Assembly: GCA_034667685.1 (NCBI GenBank)
Contig: JAXDQU010000095.1
Coordinates: forward strand, 1-20,683
Length of the DNA stretch: 20,683 bases
Origin: Thermoplasmata archaeon
GTDB lineage: Archaea; Thermoplasmatota; SW-10-69-26; JACQPN01; JAJPHT01
Direction of reading: 5' to 3'
A model generated the notes under the pieces. The model had not been told where the DNA came from, did no database searches, and was given only the letters and a program-made list of their open reading frames with translations. Of the stretch, positions 18,326 through 20,683 are shown piece after piece. Both the position numbers and the translations under genes were made by a program. How positions within the stretch are numbered: the stretch's first letter is position 1; every line of letters starts with the position of its first letter.

Positions 18326-18598
18326 TCAGCGCGTCGTCACGAACCAGGCCAGGGCGCCCTGCGCCGCGAGGATGAGCGCGAGGGGCGCGAGGAAGGCGGC
18401 CTTGCGCGTCTTGTGGCGCACGAGGAGCATCGCGAGGACGAGCCCCGGCGAGCCGCCCGCCAGGGCCCAGAGCAGCAGCGTGCGCTCGCGGACGCGCTTC
18501 GCCCCGCGGCGGGCGCGCGCCTTGTCGAGGGCGGCCAGCGCGAAGGCCACGACCGAGGCGGCGACCACCCAGGCCAGGCCGAGCGCGACGGGCTCCAC
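18326..18598 (-). CDS. DUF1294-family small membrane protein
   Basis: LDKARA..GAKRVRERTLLLWALAGGSPG...RHKTRK signature. Confidence 0.9.
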   Translation of the reverse strand: MEPVALGLAWVVAASVVAFALAALDKARARRGAKRVRERTLLLWALAGGSPGLVLAMLLVRHKTRKAAFLAPLALILAAQGALAWFVTTR

Positions 18599-18653
18599 GC
18601 CCGGGGATGACTTCGGCAGCGTTTTCTACCCTTGCCGGCGACTCCGGAGAACG

Positions 18654-20683
18654 GTGTCCGTCGACTTCCACGTCCTCCTGGAGCTCTGCGTCGTCGCCCT
18701 GGGCGCCGTCGCGGGCGGGTGGGCGTGCCGCAGGATGGGGTTGCCCGAGGTGCTGGGCTACCTGCTGGCGGGCGTGCTGCTGGGCCCGACGCTCCACCCG
18801 GGCGGGTTCGTCAGCTCCGACCTCATCCAGGACATCATGTACTTCGCCGTCGTGTTCCGGATGTTCATCCTGGGGCTCGACTTCGACGCGCGGCGCCTCA
18901 AGGGGCGCTGGGGCCCCGCGCTCGCGGCGGGCGGCCTGGAGATGGCGCTCTCGACGGCGGCCGGCATGGGCCTCGCGCTGCTTCTGGGCTGGCCGCTGCT
19001 CCACGGCGCGATCCTGGGCGCCGCGCTGGGCACCACGAGCACGAGCATCCTGAGCAAGGCGCTCGCCGACCGCAACCTGAGCGCGCGCGAGGACGCCCGC
19101 GCCGCCGGCGCCGCGACCCTCGCCGAGGACCTTCTCTCGATGGGGCTCGTCGCGACGCTGGGCCTCTGGGTGGGCGCGACGCCCAACGGGACGTTCGACT
19201 TCGCCGCGCTGGGCAAGAGCGCCACCGAGATGCTCGTCTTCGCCTCGCTCGCCTTCACCGCGGGCGCGGTGCTCATGCCCATCTTCATCGACCGCCTCAG
19301 CAAGTCGCGCAGCGAGGAGCTCCTCACGCTCGCCGTCGTCGCGGTGCTCTTCGGCTTCGCCGCCCTCAGCGAGTTCCTCCACGCGGGCCGCCCGGTGGGC
19401 GCGTTCCTGGCCGGCATCGCCGTGGGCGCCGCGCGCCACGCGCCCGCCCTCTCCGCGCGCATGCTGCCCCTGCGCGACCTCTTCGCCGTCACGTCCTACG
19501 TCGGCATGGGCCTCCTGCTATCACCCACGCACATCCGCGAGATGCTCCCCTACGCGCTCGTCGCCGTGCCGCTCTTCGTCCTGATCAAGGTCGTCAGCGT
19601 CGGCGTCGGCCTGCGCCTGGGCGGCGTCCCCGCCGTCACCGCCGCGCGCGCCGGCGCGATCCTCGGACAGTCGGGCACCATGGGCATCGTCTTCGCGTGC
19701 GCGTTCTTCCTCAACGACGCCGACGCGCTGGGCCGCCTCGCCGCGTTCGCCTTCCTCGGCTGGATCCTCACCGTCGCCCTCACCGGCCTGCGCCTGCGCT
19801 ACCTCCCCGACGCGGCCGAGCGGGTCGCCCGCCTGCTGGGCGCGCGCGACCTCACCGACCCCTCGCACCGCCTCCCGCGCGGCCGCGACGCGGAAGCGCG
19901 CGCCAACCTCCGCCTCGCCGTCCTCGCGCTGGGCTGCGCCGCCGCCCTCGCCGCCCTCGCCGGCCTCGCCGCGCTGGGCGCCGAGCTGGCGCTCGTGGAC
20001 CGCCTCGTCCCGCCCGCCGCGGCGGCCGCCGGCTTCGTCGCCGCCCTCTTCGCGCTCCCCTTCGCCCTCCTCGTCGCGCTGGGCCTGCGCGACGCGGCCC
20101 ACGTCGGCGTCCACCGCGCCGCCCTGCGCCCCACGCACCTCGCCGCCGGCCGCGCGGAAGGCGCGCGCTCGTGGGGCGCCGTCGGCGGCGCGCTGGGGCT
20201 CGCCGTCGCGCTGACCGCCACCGCCGGCATGGCCTGGGCCGTCGCGCCCCCGGACGCGCGCCTCTGGGTCATGGCCGGCGCCGCGCTGGCCGGCGTCGTC
20301 CTCGTCGCGCGCCTGCGCTGGATGCGCGCCCTCGTCGCGCGCTGCGCCGAATTGCTATCACCGCGCCGCGAGCAGGACGCGCGCCTGCACGACTTCCGCG
20401 GCGCCTCCCCCTTCGGCTACGACGTCGAGGCCGTCCTCGTCCGCGCCGGCACGCGCGCCGCCTGGGCCCGCCCGAACGACCTCGACCTGAAGCGCCGCAC
20501 CGGCGCCTCGCTCGTCGCCGTCGTCCGCCCCGGCACGCAAGCCTCGCTGCCGCTCGACAAGCCCATCCCGCCCGGCGCCGAGGTCGTCGTCGGCGGCACC
20601 GCCGCGCAGATCGTCGCCGCGAAGAAGCTGCTCCTGGAGGCGCAGGCCGACGCGCCCCCGGCCGCGGGCGCAGGGCACGGCTC
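18654..20683 (+). CDS. Cation:proton antiporter (CPA2/Kef-type) with C-terminal TrkA-C (RCK_C) domain; runs off the window end
   Basis: Not in the ORF track because there is no stop in the window. My translation from GTG 18654: MSVDFHVLLELCVV...GLPEVLGYLLAGVLLGP, GTTSTSIL, LAEDL, GAFLAG, and in the same frame LDLKRRTGASLVAVVRPG. Confidence 0.9.
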   Translation, partial: MSVDFHVLLELCVVALGAVAGGWACRRMGLPEVLGYLLAGVLLGPTLHPGGFVSSDLIQDIMYFAVVFRMFILGLDFDARRLKGRWGPALAAGGLEMALSTAAGMGLALLLGWPLLHGAILGAALGTTSTSILSKALADRNLSAREDARAAGAATLAEDLLSMGLVATLGLWVGATPNGTFDFAALGKSATEMLVFASLAFTAGAVLMPIFIDRLSKSRSEELLTLAVVAVLFGFAALSEFLHAGRPVGAFLAGIAVGAARHAPALSARMLPLRDLFAVTSYVGMGLLLSPTHIREMLPYALVAVPLFVLIKVVSVGVGLRLGGVPAVTAARAGAILGQSGTMGIVFACAFFLNDADALGRLAAFAFLGWILTVALTGLRLRYLPDAAERVARLLGARDLTDPSHRLPRGRDAEARANLRLAVLALGCAAALAALAGLAALGAELALVDRLVPPAAAAAGFVAALFALPFALLVALGLRDAAHVGVHRAALRPTHLAAGRAEGARSWGAVGGALGLAVALTATAGMAWAVAPPDARLWVMAGAALAGVVLVARLRWMRALVARCAELLSPRREQDARLHDFRGASPFGYDVEAVLVRAGTRAAWARPNDLDLKRRTGASLVAVVRPGTQASLPLDKPIPPGAEVVVGGTAAQIVAAKKLLLEAQADAPPAAGAGHG

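Overview
High-GC window, probably archaeal. This rests on TATA/BRE-like AT islands about 22-26 nt before near-leaderless starts and a PGF-CTERM-like tail; a Thermoplasmatota-type host is an inference. Core genes: a two-domain blue-copper lipoprotein, etfB and etfA (separated by about 3.1 kb), a SAM methyltransferase, nrdR-nrdJ with two candidate NrdR boxes, a DUF1294 protein, and a CPA2 antiporter with a TrkA-C domain that the ORF track missed. Four regions are most unusual. (1) A lower-GC, about 1 kb DUF3800 islet bracketed by two copies of the nrdJ 3' end, sharing a 24-bp identical core with a diverged but still coding Zn-ribbon. (2) A translationally coupled ArsR-HTH/FHA regulator and polytopic membrane Ser/Thr kinase, next to a secreted 2x6-Cys peptide, all between etfB and etfA. 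(3) A membrane-anchored double-wHTH regulator divergent from another small Cys peptide. (4) Three tandem secreted paralogs with conserved ends and a variable core. All calls come from reading the sequence by eye; no searches were run.
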